Assembly: GCA_965198225.1 (NCBI GenBank)
Contig: CBDAOY010000006.1
Span: forward strand, 864,001-928,000
Reading direction: 5' to 3'
DNA from: Terriglobia bacterium
Lineage (GTDB): Bacteria > Acidobacteriota > Terriglobia > 20CM-2-55-15
DNA length: 64,000 nucleotides
Shown piece by piece: positions 1 through 9,311 of the stretch (position 1 is its first letter; every line of letters starts with the position of its first letter). The translations under genes were made by a program, and so were the position numbers. The notes under the pieces are model-generated. The model saw only the letters and a program-made list of their open reading frames with translations. It did no database searches and was not told the origin of the DNA.

Positions 1-656
1 GTCACCGCACAGACGTGGGGTGATTTCGACGCCAGGGCTCGGAGCAGGGACACCTCCGCGGCCTTCCTCGGCAGAACATCCAGAAGGATGACGGGCAGCG
101 TGCTCAACCGGTGCGGCGTCTCGAGGATCGCATCGGTGGCTGCGCCGAACACGGTGGCGGTGTCGGCCATCATTGCCTGCGTCAGCTCCTGCTCATAGAC
201 TCTCAGCAGGTTCTGGAGGTCGGCCCCGGACGGCCCGATCTCTGCGAGAGTGTCTTCTTCAACGTAATTGAAGCGGAGTTCGGAAATGGTTCGAGCCAGA
301 GCCCTGGCGAAGCCGACGGTATCAGCGACAGGCGCGAAGTATGAGAGGTCATTCGAGGACCGTGCTCGATGGATGGTCCGGGCGGCCAGAGCCTCAACCG
401 CAAGCCCTCCCGCAGGCGACAGCGACCGGGCGGCGAGACTCTCGACCCCGGCCTCGAAGGCCAGCTGAGTGAGCGTCATCCGGTGAAGACCCATCCGGCC
501 CCCATTCCGGAGGCAGTGGTCTCGGACGAAATCGTCCGCGGCCACCTTCGTCGAAGCCACGATCAGGACTTCCGGGTAATCGGCCCATCGCTCGAGTTGT
601 CCCGAAGCGAAACGGATTCTTGTTTCGGCCGAGGTAGATGTCGCGAGGCGATGCAT
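1..656 (-). CDS. AddB-like / PD-(D/E)XK nuclease family protein, N-terminal part (runs off left edge)
   Basis: Absent from the ORF track. Manual translation from ATG at 656 (TGATG overlap with upstream stop) is open to base 1: MHRLATS...EVLIVASTKVAADDFVR...GLHRMTLTQLA...LSYFAPVADTVGFARALARTISELR. This resembles AddB-like N-termini. Confidence 0.6.
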   Translation of the reverse strand, partial: MHRLATSTSAETRIRFASGQLERWADYPEVLIVASTKVAADDFVRDHCLRNGGRMGLHRMTLTQLAFEAGVESLAARSLSPAGGLAVEALAARTIHRARSSNDLSYFAPVADTVGFARALARTISELRFNYVEEDTLAEIGPSGADLQNLLRVYEQELTQAMMADTATVFGAATDAILETPHRLSTLPVILLDVLPRKAAEVSLLRALASKSPHVCAV

Positions 657-1816
657 CAGTTTCGCTGGCGCATGAAGTCACCGAAACGGTCCAGGGCGGC
701 CTCCAGTGTCTCGCCGGTGGATGCGAAGCAGAGGCGCAGGTATCCTTCGCCGCCCGGGCCGAAAGCCGATCCCGGGGCCAGGGCAACACCGGTCCGGCGC
801 ACCAGCTCTTCGGCGAAGGTCGCCGAATCCGTCAGCTCGTCGATCTGGAGGAATGCGTAGAATCCGCCCTCCGGCGGCGGCAAGGACACGCCCGGAAGCT
901 CGGCGATGCGATCCATGACCAGTCTCCTTCGCCCAGAGTACAGCTCGCGAAGCTCGGCGACGTAGGAATCCCCCTGCTCCAGCGCGACCACACCCGCCTC
1001 CTGGACCATCGCCGGAGCAGATGACGTCATGAATTCCGCTGCCGTTGTCATCAGCCCGACCAGGCGCTCGCTGCCCAATCCGTACCCGAGGCGCCATCCC
1101 GTCATGTTGTAGGACTTCGAAAAGCTGTTCACGACAAGGAGGTGTTCCCGATCGGTTGCGACCGCGGCGAAGGAAGGGGCAATGGGCGGGCCGAAGACCA
1201 GACGATCGTAGACTTCGTCGCTCAGGACAACGAAGTCGTTCCGGAGTGCGAGCTCCCAAAGCGCCTCCTGCTCCTCACGGGTGATGACCCACCCCGTCGG
1301 GTTGGACGGGCTGTTGATGGCCAACAGACTTGTGTGATCGTCGACGGCTTTGCGGATACGGTCCAGGTCGATGCGGAAAGCGTCGCCGTCGCGAGCGAGA
1401 GGCACCAGACGCGTCTCACCGCCGGCCATCGTGACCCCGGAAGAAAATATCGAGTAGGCGGGGCAGATGACGACGGCATTATCGCCAGGGCCGACGAGGG
1501 CCCGGATTGCGAGAAAGATCGCCATCCCCGCGCCTACCGTGGCGATGATTTCCGACGGCACGTATCGGACTCCGTGAAGTTGCTGGAACTTCACAGCCAC
1601 AGCTTCCCGCAGACGGTCCGATCCGCCTGGGTTTGTATAGAAGGTGTGTCCGGACAGGGAAGCCTCGTAGGCGGCTCGACAGATGAAATCCGGTGTCGGC
1701 ATATCGGACTCGCCGTAGCAGAGCTTGAGGGAACCGGGTACCTGTTCGGCTGCCGTGGCGATACGAACCAGCGGTGATTCCCTGACTTTGAGGACTTCAG
1801 GTCTGAATTGCATCAT
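656..1816 (-). CDS. PLP-dependent aminotransferase, class I/II (aspartate aminotransferase-like)
   Basis: Motifs NSPSNPTG, SDEVY and NSFSKSYNMTGWRLGY (PLP lysine). Start trimmed to MMQFRPE. Confidence 0.92.
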   Translation of the reverse strand: MMQFRPEVLKVRESPLVRIATAAEQVPGSLKLCYGESDMPTPDFICRAAYEASLSGHTFYTNPGGSDRLREAVAVKFQQLHGVRYVPSEIIATVGAGMAIFLAIRALVGPGDNAVVICPAYSIFSSGVTMAGGETRLVPLARDGDAFRIDLDRIRKAVDDHTSLLAINSPSNPTGWVITREEQEALWELALRNDFVVLSDEVYDRLVFGPPIAPSFAAVATDREHLLVVNSFSKSYNMTGWRLGYGLGSERLVGLMTTAAEFMTSSAPAMVQEAGVVALEQGDSYVAELRELYSGRRRLVMDRIAELPGVSLPPPEGGFYAFLQIDELTDSATFAEELVRRTGVALAPGSAFGPGGEGYLRLCFASTGETLEAALDRFGDFMRQRN

Positions 1817-1843
1817 GGAAACGCGCGCGGCTAACGTCAGCAT

Positions 1844-1851
1844 AGTATAAT
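1844..1851. promoter_or_regulatory. Overlapping divergent -10 elements (TATAAT on +, TATACT on -)
   Basis: AGTATAAT lies in the 59-bp gap between divergent starts at 1816 and 1876. Confidence 0.45.
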
Positions 1852-1875
1852 CCCTGATTTCCAGCCGAGGTCCGG

Positions 1876-3078
1876 ATGCCGGTTCCAACTGCATTTCACG
1901 AAAGAACCTTTGCGTTGTGCGAGAGCCTGAACTACCGGGAATGGTCGGGTTACTACGCTGTGAGCGCTTACGAGGCGCACCACGAGCATGAGTACAACGC
2001 CATCCGCAACGCCGCTGCACTGATCGACGTTTCACCTCTGTTCAAGTACAAGGTCACAGGACCGGACGCCACCAGACTGGTGGACCGGGTCGTTACTCGG
2101 GACATGGGCAAGGTCAAAGTGGGCCGCGTGATCTACACGCCCTGGTGCGACGAGAGCGGCAAGGTCATCGATGACGGGACAGTCTCTCGTCTGGAGGAGA
2201 ACACTTACCGGTGGACTGCCGCGGACCCGAGCCTGAGGTGGTTTCACCAGAACGCGCTGGGACTGGATGTTCGAATCGAAGACGCTTCAGAGAGCCTCGC
2301 GGCATTGGCCCTCCAAGGTCCGACCTCCGGGCGGCTGCTCGCCGGTCTCGCGGATGATGCCGATGTCGCGAATCTGAAGTATTTCAGCGTGCTCAGCAGC
2401 CGAATCGCCGGAGTGCCCGTCGACATCTCGCGGACCGGATACACGGGCGATCTCGGATACGAGCTCTGGATTCCAAGGGAGCACTCGCTTCGCGTCTGGG
2501 ATGCATTGATGGAGCGTGGTCGGGATTTCGACATCCATGCAGCCGGCATGCTGGCCTTGGATGTGGCGCGCATAGAAGCGGGCCTTCTGCTCATAGAAGT
2601 GAACTTCAACAGCAGCAAGAGATCCCTCATCGAGTCCCAGAAGTATTCGCCTTTTGAGATGGGTCTGGACCGGCTGGTCCATCTGGACAAGGGACGGTTT
2701 GTGGGCCAGTCGGCGCTCATCGAGGAAAAGAAGCGTGGCCATCCACGCCAGATCGTCGGTCTCGAGATCGGCTGGGAGGGAGTGGAACGGACATTTGAAG
2801 ATACGGGGCTGCCGCCGACGATGTCATCGACCGCATCCCGCGCTCCGGTGCCCGTCTACCGGGACGGGCGACAGGTGGGGAAGGCGACGTCCACGAGTTG
2901 GTCTCCCATTTTGAAGAAGCTCATCGCGCTGGCGACCATCAGCCGCGCGCACACCGGGGTAGCCACTGAGCTGGAGGTCGAGCTCACGGTCGAGGCGGTT
3001 CGCCACCGCGTTCCCGCCACGGTTGTCCAGACCCCATTTTATAATCCGAAGAGAAAGAAGAAGACGCCGATCGAGTAG
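1876..3078 (+). CDS. Aminomethyltransferase family protein (GcvT-like, THF-binding)
   Basis: Motifs EYNAIRNAAALIDVS, GKVIDDG, ALQGP, ISRTGYTGDLGYEL, RIEAG and TPFY; GAGG RBS. Confidence 0.9.
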   Translation: MPVPTAFHERTFALCESLNYREWSGYYAVSAYEAHHEHEYNAIRNAAALIDVSPLFKYKVTGPDATRLVDRVVTRDMGKVKVGRVIYTPWCDESGKVIDDGTVSRLEENTYRWTAADPSLRWFHQNALGLDVRIEDASESLAALALQGPTSGRLLAGLADDADVANLKYFSVLSSRIAGVPVDISRTGYTGDLGYELWIPREHSLRVWDALMERGRDFDIHAAGMLALDVARIEAGLLLIEVNFNSSKRSLIESQKYSPFEMGLDRLVHLDKGRFVGQSALIEEKKRGHPRQIVGLEIGWEGVERTFEDTGLPPTMSSTASRAPVPVYRDGRQVGKATSTSWSPILKKLIALATISRAHTGVATELEVELTVEAVRHRVPATVVQTPFYNPKRKKKTPIE

Positions 3079-3244
3079 GGAATATGAAATCTCGAATCTG
3101 CAACCTCGAATCTTCCTTGCGGACCCTCGAATAGTCAATCTGCGATGGAAGACGATGTGGGGCTGCTCGTTCGCCGACTCTTCTGCTTAGCGAAAACCCG
3201 CTGCCTAGCGAAAACCCCGAAAATGACCTTTCCTACAGGCGGGT

Positions 3245-3310
3245 GTAGGTGCGCTCTATGAGCGCACATCGTTTTGGCTCGAAGAATGTGCGGTCATAGA
3301 CCGCACCTAC
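3245..3310. repeat. GTAG-REP doublet (REPIN/BIME-like), copy 1
   Basis: GTAGGTGCGCTCTATGAGCGCAC, 20-nt spacer, GTGCGGTCATAGACCGCACCTAC; recurs elsewhere in the window. Confidence 0.9.
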
Positions 3311-3636
3311 AGTTCGCCGCCTTTCGGGCCGTAGAAAATCGCCCAGGCGACGAAATCGTCCGTGAACTCTTCGAAACGATGTTCGGCTCCGGCGGATACG
3401 AACAGCACATCCCCCTGGGCAAACTCCTGCCGTTCATCCTCGACCGACAACGTGCCGCTGCCGCGGACGACGACATAGACTTCGTCCTGTTCGTGCGGTT
3501 GCTGGAGGTCTCCGTCGCGAGGGGCGTACAGCAGGACCCGCAGGCTCCCGTTTTCGAACCCGTCCGCCACAAACTGTTCGCGGTTTCCGAGGGTGGCGAT
3601 CATGTCTTCGAGGCGAGCGGCCAGAAGCTTCGTCAT
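3307..3636 (-). CDS. Cupin domain protein
   Basis: QPHEQDEVYVVVRGSG and GDVLFVSAGAEHRF cupin motifs; ATGA overlap with the upstream gene. Confidence 0.85.
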   Translation of the reverse strand: MTKLLAARLEDMIATLGNREQFVADGFENGSLRVLLYAPRDGDLQQPHEQDEVYVVVRGSGTLSVEDERQEFAQGDVLFVSAGAEHRFEEFTDDFVAWAIFYGPKGGEL

Positions 3637-5222
3637 ATCGTTCCGTTCCTCAGATCCGCCAGGATCTCTCGACTCGCGTTCAAGCCCGGCGCTCCTGTAA
3701 TGCCTCCGCCGGGATGAGTTCCCGCTCCGCACAGGTACAGACCTTCGATCGGCGTCCGGTATCTGGACCAGCCGAGGAGCGGTCTGAAAGCGAACGCCTG
3801 ATCCAGTGATGGTTCGCCGTGGCCGACGTGGCCACCGCTGAGCCCGAAGGTTTGCTCGAGGTCCACCGGCGTAAGGATCTGACGTTCGACGATCAGTGCG
3901 CCGAGGCTCGGTGCGTAGGCCGATAGGGTGTCGACCACGGCGTCCCCCAGCTCTTCGCGGCGAGATGGCCAGTCGGCGCCTTTGAGCTCGTACGGAGCGT
4001 ATTGCATGTAGATCGACATTACATGGGCACCCTCTGGCGCGAGCGTCGGGTCGGCCAGCGACGGAATCACGACATCCAGGTATGGTCTTGGCGAAAAGTC
4101 ACCATATTTGGCCGCGTCGAACGCATGTTCGAGATAATCGGTGTCCGGACCGATGTGGATCCGTCCCGAAAGACTCGCCTCTTCGGTGACCCCGAAATCC
4201 GGCAGACCCGAAAGCGCGAGGTTGACCTTTGCAGCGGACCCCCGGCAGCGATAGTTCCCGATCTTCATCAGGAAGTTCGGATCCAGATCGACGGGGTCCA
4301 CCAACTGTAGGAAGGTATTCCTAGGATCGGCGTTCGAGACGACCATCCGGGCGGCGATCTCCTCCCCGGAAACCAGCCGCACTCCCTTGACCCTGTTGCC
4401 TGCGATCAGCACACGCTCGACCGGCGCCGCCGCTCGGATTTCCGCTCCCGCGGCTCGGGCAGCCGAGGCCAGAGCCTCGGAGAGCGCGCCCATCCCGCCC
4501 CTGACAAACACGGCGTCGGCGAATGCGGAGCCGTCCAGGGCAGCCTGCATCAGAACATTCAGGCTTGTCCCGGCCGAGCGGGGCCCCGCGAAGGTGCCCC
4601 GGATGCCGCGCGCCTCGATGATCCCCCGTAGCATCTCGGTCTCGAACCATTCCCCAGCCAGGTCTGCGACCGCCATTGGGCCCCAACGCAGCAGACGGAA
4701 AGCATTCTTTTTGTCCAACCCGCGGAAACGGAAGCCGAGCCGGCCGAAGTCCCAGAAGTCTCCTACCGTGGGATTGTCGATGTCCGGGGGCGTCATCGAC
4801 AGTAGGGGCGCCATTACGCGGCCGATATTGGAGAAGCTCTCTAGGAACTCTGGGTATTTTTCCGCGTCTCGTGCCGAAAACCGTCCGATGTCGTCGGCGG
4901 TGCGCCGGGCGTCTGTATAGACGTGGAGAGCGTCTCCGTCCAGGCGGGGCGCGAACAGGCGAACCTCGGGCGTGAGGAACGTCAACCCGTGTCCGGCGAG
5001 ACCAAGGTCATCGACGAGCCCCGGCAGCAGGGGACCTGCCGAGTGGGCGAGAGTGGGACAGCGGAATCCGGGGTGCAGCTCTTCGGTGACAGCGCCGCCT
5101 CCCACGATTTCGCGACGTTCGAGGACCAATGGAGCAAAGCCGGCCTTAGCCAGGTACGCGGCGGCGACCAGTCCGTTGTGTCCGGCGCCGATGACGACTG
5201 CCGCCCCGCCGCTCCCGGCCAC
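3633..5222 (-). CDS. Phytoene dehydrogenase-like FAD oxidoreductase (PYROXD2-like), paralog B
   Basis: VIGAGHNGLVAAAYLA Rossmann motif; C-terminal GLYLCGAGTHPGGGITGAPG; GTG start in a TAGTG overlap. Confidence 0.9.
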   Translation of the reverse strand: MAGSGGAAVVIGAGHNGLVAAAYLAKAGFAPLVLERREIVGGGAVTEELHPGFRCPTLAHSAGPLLPGLVDDLGLAGHGLTFLTPEVRLFAPRLDGDALHVYTDARRTADDIGRFSARDAEKYPEFLESFSNIGRVMAPLLSMTPPDIDNPTVGDFWDFGRLGFRFRGLDKKNAFRLLRWGPMAVADLAGEWFETEMLRGIIEARGIRGTFAGPRSAGTSLNVLMQAALDGSAFADAVFVRGGMGALSEALASAARAAGAEIRAAAPVERVLIAGNRVKGVRLVSGEEIAARMVVSNADPRNTFLQLVDPVDLDPNFLMKIGNYRCRGSAAKVNLALSGLPDFGVTEEASLSGRIHIGPDTDYLEHAFDAAKYGDFSPRPYLDVVIPSLADPTLAPEGAHVMSIYMQYAPYELKGADWPSRREELGDAVVDTLSAYAPSLGALIVERQILTPVDLEQTFGLSGGHVGHGEPSLDQAFAFRPLLGWSRYRTPIEGLYLCGAGTHPGGGITGAPGLNASREILADLRNGTI

Positions 5223-6814
5223 TACGCCTTGCCTCGCCTGGAATCGCTCAGGATCTTCCTCGCCGAGTTGAGCCCTGGTGCGCCCATGATCCCGCCCCCA
5301 GGGTGTGCAGCCGAGCCACACATGTAGAGGCCGCGGATCGGCGTCCGATAGTGTGCCCAGCGTGGCGCGGGCCGGAGGAAAAACAGCTGCTCCATCGTGA
5401 GCTCACCCTGGAATATATTTCCTTCCGACAGGCCGAAGGTCCGTTCCAGGTCGAGTGGCGTGAGGACCTGTCTGTGGAGAATCAGGTCGCGGATGTTCGG
5501 AGCGTGCTCAGCGAGCGTGTCGATGACGGTGTCCCCGAAATCTTCCCGCAGGTCGTCCCAGTTTCCATCCTTCAAGTGGTACGGGGCGTACTGAACGAAA
5601 CAGGACATGACGTGTTTCCCCGGCGGAGCCATCGACGGGTCCGTGAGGGTGGGGATCACGGCGTCGATGTAGGGTCGGCGTGAGAAACAGCCGTACTTGG
5701 CTTCGTCGTAGGCTCGTTCCATGTAGTCGATGCTCGGCGAGATCGAAATCGCTCCGCGCAGATGAGGTCCGCCACCGGGCAGCGCCTTGAAATCGGGTAC
5801 TCCATCGAGCGCCAGGTTGACCTTGCCTGAGGATCCGCGGAACTTGTAGCGCTGGATGTCTTCGACAAAGTCGTCTGGCAGCAACTCGGAGCCAATCATC
5901 TTCATGAAGGTCAATCGAGGATCGACGCTGGAGGACACGACTCGGGCGCCGATTTCCTCCCCGTTCTCGAGCACGACACCAATAGCCCTTCCGTTCTTGA
6001 CGCCGATTCGCTCGATCGGCGCTTCGGTGCGTATCTCGGCGCCAGCTTCACGAGCGGCGTCGGCGATGGCGTTGGAGATGGCGCCGGTCCCGCCCCGCGC
6101 GAAGCCCCACGCACGGAACGCACCGTCGATCTCTCCCATGTAGTGATGCAGGAGCACATAGGCGGTGCCCGGCGAGCGGACGCCGAGAAATGTGCCGATG
6201 ACGCCCGAAGCCGACATGGTGGCCTTGAGAACATCAGTCTCGAACCACCCGTCCAGAAAGTCGACCGCGCTCATCGTCATCAACTGGACCTGGTTGTACT
6301 TGCTTTCAGCGGGAAGCTGTTGAAATCGGCGGCCGAGGAAGAGCAGGTCCTTCAGACCCTGGAAGTCGAGCGCGGTCGGGTCCGGCGGCGTCATACCGAG
6401 GATGGGCTTGACGAACCGACCCATCTCGACCATCGCCTTGCCGTATTCCTCGTAGGCCTCGGCGTCCAGCCTCGAATGTCGCGCGATCTCCAGACGGGTC
6501 TTCGCGTGATCGTCGACGCGCCAGAGGTAGTCCCCGTCGAGCATCGGCGTAAAGGTGCCGTCCAGCGGGAGGATCTCCAGGCCGTGACGCGGGAGGTCGA
6601 GGTCCCGGATGATCTCGGGACGAAGCAGGGATACGACGTAGGACGCGACAGAGAACTTGAAGCCGGGGAAAACTTCCTCCGTCACGGCCGCACCGCCCAG
6701 GACGTGACGGCGTTCCAGCACGAGAACCCGCTTGCCCGCGCGCGCCAGGTATGCGGCGTTGACAAGACCGTTGTGGCCGCCCCCGATGACGATGACGTCG
6801 TACTGTGCCGACAT
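5222..6814 (-). CDS. Phytoene dehydrogenase-like FAD oxidoreductase (PYROXD2-like), paralog A
   Basis: IGGGHNGLVNAAYLA; GLYMCGSAAHPGGGIMGAPG. Confidence 0.92.
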   Translation of the reverse strand: MSAQYDVIVIGGGHNGLVNAAYLARAGKRVLVLERRHVLGGAAVTEEVFPGFKFSVASYVVSLLRPEIIRDLDLPRHGLEILPLDGTFTPMLDGDYLWRVDDHAKTRLEIARHSRLDAEAYEEYGKAMVEMGRFVKPILGMTPPDPTALDFQGLKDLLFLGRRFQQLPAESKYNQVQLMTMSAVDFLDGWFETDVLKATMSASGVIGTFLGVRSPGTAYVLLHHYMGEIDGAFRAWGFARGGTGAISNAIADAAREAGAEIRTEAPIERIGVKNGRAIGVVLENGEEIGARVVSSSVDPRLTFMKMIGSELLPDDFVEDIQRYKFRGSSGKVNLALDGVPDFKALPGGGPHLRGAISISPSIDYMERAYDEAKYGCFSRRPYIDAVIPTLTDPSMAPPGKHVMSCFVQYAPYHLKDGNWDDLREDFGDTVIDTLAEHAPNIRDLILHRQVLTPLDLERTFGLSEGNIFQGELTMEQLFFLRPAPRWAHYRTPIRGLYMCGSAAHPGGGIMGAPGLNSARKILSDSRRGKA

Positions 6815-7054
6815 TAGGCAGAGCCCCCCTCGTTCATGCGGCCTGCCATCATACCGAAAATTCAGGACGAAATTCAGGGACGGGGAGCGATTTTGGTAGT
6901 GTTCAAGTTTTCAAACTTGAGCACTACCAGCGATCTCCTTGCACTGAGGGGAGTGGTTTACCGATGGGGGATGTGCTCGTTGTCGCTGGATGTCTGCGAC
7001 AACCATGAGACGGGGTGGGGAAACAGAGGAGGCAACCGACAACGGCCTACGCCT

Positions 7055-8678
7055 TCACGACGCAGGCTGCTGTATGAACGGCTCTCCCGGCTTGCCCCAC
7101 AGCCAACCCTGACCGAACTCGACACCGTAGTCTCGGAGCAGGGCCAGGTCGTCCCGGGATTCGATTCCTTCGGCGATGATCTCGGCGCCGAGCGTCCTGG
7201 AGACTTCCACGAGGCGGCTCAACAGGCGTCCCTTGTGGGGATCCCTTGAGGCGCCGTCGACGTAACTCCGGTCGATCTTCACAACATCGGGCTCCAGCAT
7301 GATCAAGGTTTCCAGGCAACTGCGTCCGAACCCGACGTCGTCGATCGAGACTTCGATACCGTTCTCCTTGAAGGCGGCCACGTGCTCACGCAGGCACGCC
7401 GGGTCTCCGATAAACTGCTGCTCGCTGATCTCGATACAGAAGGTGACGCCCTCTTCCGTCACGGCCAGCAGATCCATCAGGCGCTCGCTGGGAGTGCCCA
7501 GGATCGTCGAAGGGAAGAGGTTCAGGTGAAATTTGCCTCTCGGGCGGAGGCGCTTGCTGACATCCACGCAGGCCTTCAGGCAGGAAAGGTCGACCGTGGT
7601 CAGCATGTTCGCCTCCAGAGCGATGCGGAAGAAGTCCACCGGCATTTCCAGGGAGCAGCCTTCGGGACCCCGGCTGAGCAGTTCGTAGCCCACTACTTCT
7701 TCCTTCTGGAGTTCGAGAATCGGCTGGGGAACAGCTCGGAACCGACCGCCGTTGACGGCACTGGTCAGGTCCACGAGATGCGGAACTTTGATGTTGTTCG
7801 TGGCCGATTTCTTCGAGGTCACGGCCTCCGACTCGCAGCGAAGCGCGCTGTGGGCTCGTTCGAGGACTTCCCCAATCGAGCAGGTTTCCCGCTCCACCGG
7901 GACTACAGCCACGCCCATGTCGACGCTTAAGGGTTGTGGCGACAGCGCGAGCGGAGAGCTGCCGACCACGTACCGGAGTTTTTCGCCTACCTGCGTTCCC
8001 TCCGCCATGCGGGTGTCGGGCAGGAGGACGAGGAAGCGGTCCTGGTCGATCCGGGCGACATGGTCCGATGGTCGAAGCACCGAGCGAACACGCTCGGCGA
8101 TCGCTTTCAACAATACGTCGACCGTACCCTGTCCGAGGTTGTCGTTGATTTTACGCAGGTCGTCGCAGGTCAACAGAGTCGCGACGAGGTGCGAACCCGA
8201 ACGCTTCTCTCTCGACAGCTCGTTAAAGAGCGCTTTCTCGATTCCCCTGAGATTCAACGTTTCGGTCTGGGGATCGACCGTCGAGAGGCGCTGAAGTTCC
8301 TGGTTAGCCTCCTCGAGCGCCTTGCTCAGGCTCTTCCGCCTCCGCCTGCACTCTCTCGGTGACGTCTCGAAGCGAAGCGACAAAGGCCGGTTGGCCGTTC
8401 CAACCCGACCTGGCCACCCGGACGTCGACATGGTGCGGGCCGATATCCAACTCGGACCGATCGCGCTCCAGCACCGGGTAGCCGAAAATCGTCCCTTCGA
8501 GCTCTTCAACCGGTGTGTGGAATAGTGATGCAGCCGCCAGATTGGCGAACAGGATTCGGCCGGAGCCATCGACCACGACGACGCCGTCCGGAGTGGCTTC
8601 GATCAGTGCGCGAAACTGCGAGCCGTAGAACTCTTGCTGATCCATCCTTGGTTCTGGACTAAAGTTTTGATCCATCAT
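7055..8678 (-). pseudogene. PAS - degenerate GGDEF - EAL c-di-GMP phosphodiesterase, frameshifted near 8335-8346
   Basis: The PAS part (8304-8678 frame, ...SLRDVTER) continues in another frame as KSLSKALEEANQELQRLSTVDPQT. EAL motifs present: YELLSR, EISE, DDVGFG, KID, EGIE, QGW. Confidence 0.8.
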
Positions 8679-8715
8679 TGGTTTCCCGTCCTGAATGCAT
8701 CCTTCTCATCTGTTT

Positions 8716-8744
8716 TTATCGGCGAATTGGCCCGGAGTCTGTAG
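8716..8744 (-). promoter_or_regulatory. Putative sigma28 (FliA/SigD)-type promoter
   Basis: Minus strand reads CTACA-N16-GCCGATAA, about 38 nt upstream of the ATG at 8678. Confidence 0.5.
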
Positions 8745-9012
8745 TGCGTGGGTGTGGAGGTCCACGAAACGCTTGTGATGCACTGTAGGCGATTTTTTTA
8801 CAGCGAGTTAGCAGTCCGGGGGCGTGGCGGGGCAGCTGGTGTGGATCACACCCTTGAGCCGCGGCAGTGGGGGTAGATGCTTGAGCGATCAACTGATTCT
8901 TCGTCGAGCAGATCTCAGAAGCGGCCGGACCCGACTTCGGCTATCAGAACGAACTCGGGGCGGAACAGAATCGTTCCGCGCTGGAGGCGATCGATGCTTG
9001 CGTAGGAGGGTC

Positions 9013-9289
9013 CTAGTGACCTGTAACGGAGAGATCGGCACCATCGCCGATGGGTCTTGCCAGTCGAGGTCGAGGAGAGAGGAGGAATTGATGCGGTTTC
9101 ATCATGACGACAAACGACAAAGAGATCGACCCCAACCCCCATCGGCCGGGAGGGTTGCGGCGGAACGGTCGGGTCTTCGTTGCCGCGACCATTTATTGTA
9201 AGACCCGCTTGTCACGGGTCGTCGGTTCCTAGAATCCGGTGCCGTTCCACCGCAACGCTGGTACCGATATCTCCGTTACAGGCCACTAG
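9013..9289 (+). mobile_element. CTAG-bounded structured MITE-like repeat, copy A (277 bp)
   Basis: Imperfect 31-bp terminal inverted repeats CTAGTGACCTGTAACGGAGAGATCGGCACCA / TGGTACCGATATCTCCGTTACAGGCCACTAG; homologous to 12611-12885. Confidence 0.8.
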
Positions 9290-9311
9290 TCCGGATTATT
9301 TCCCTGGCAGG

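Noticed and set aside
394-520. Suspected frameshift in the AddB-like gene at a G run
   Set aside because: Recounting gives five Gs and the frame is continuous (NGGRMGLHR).
3633-6814. Carotenoid biosynthesis cluster
   Set aside because: No crtB, crtE or crtY nearby; motifs fit the PYROXD2-like subfamily.
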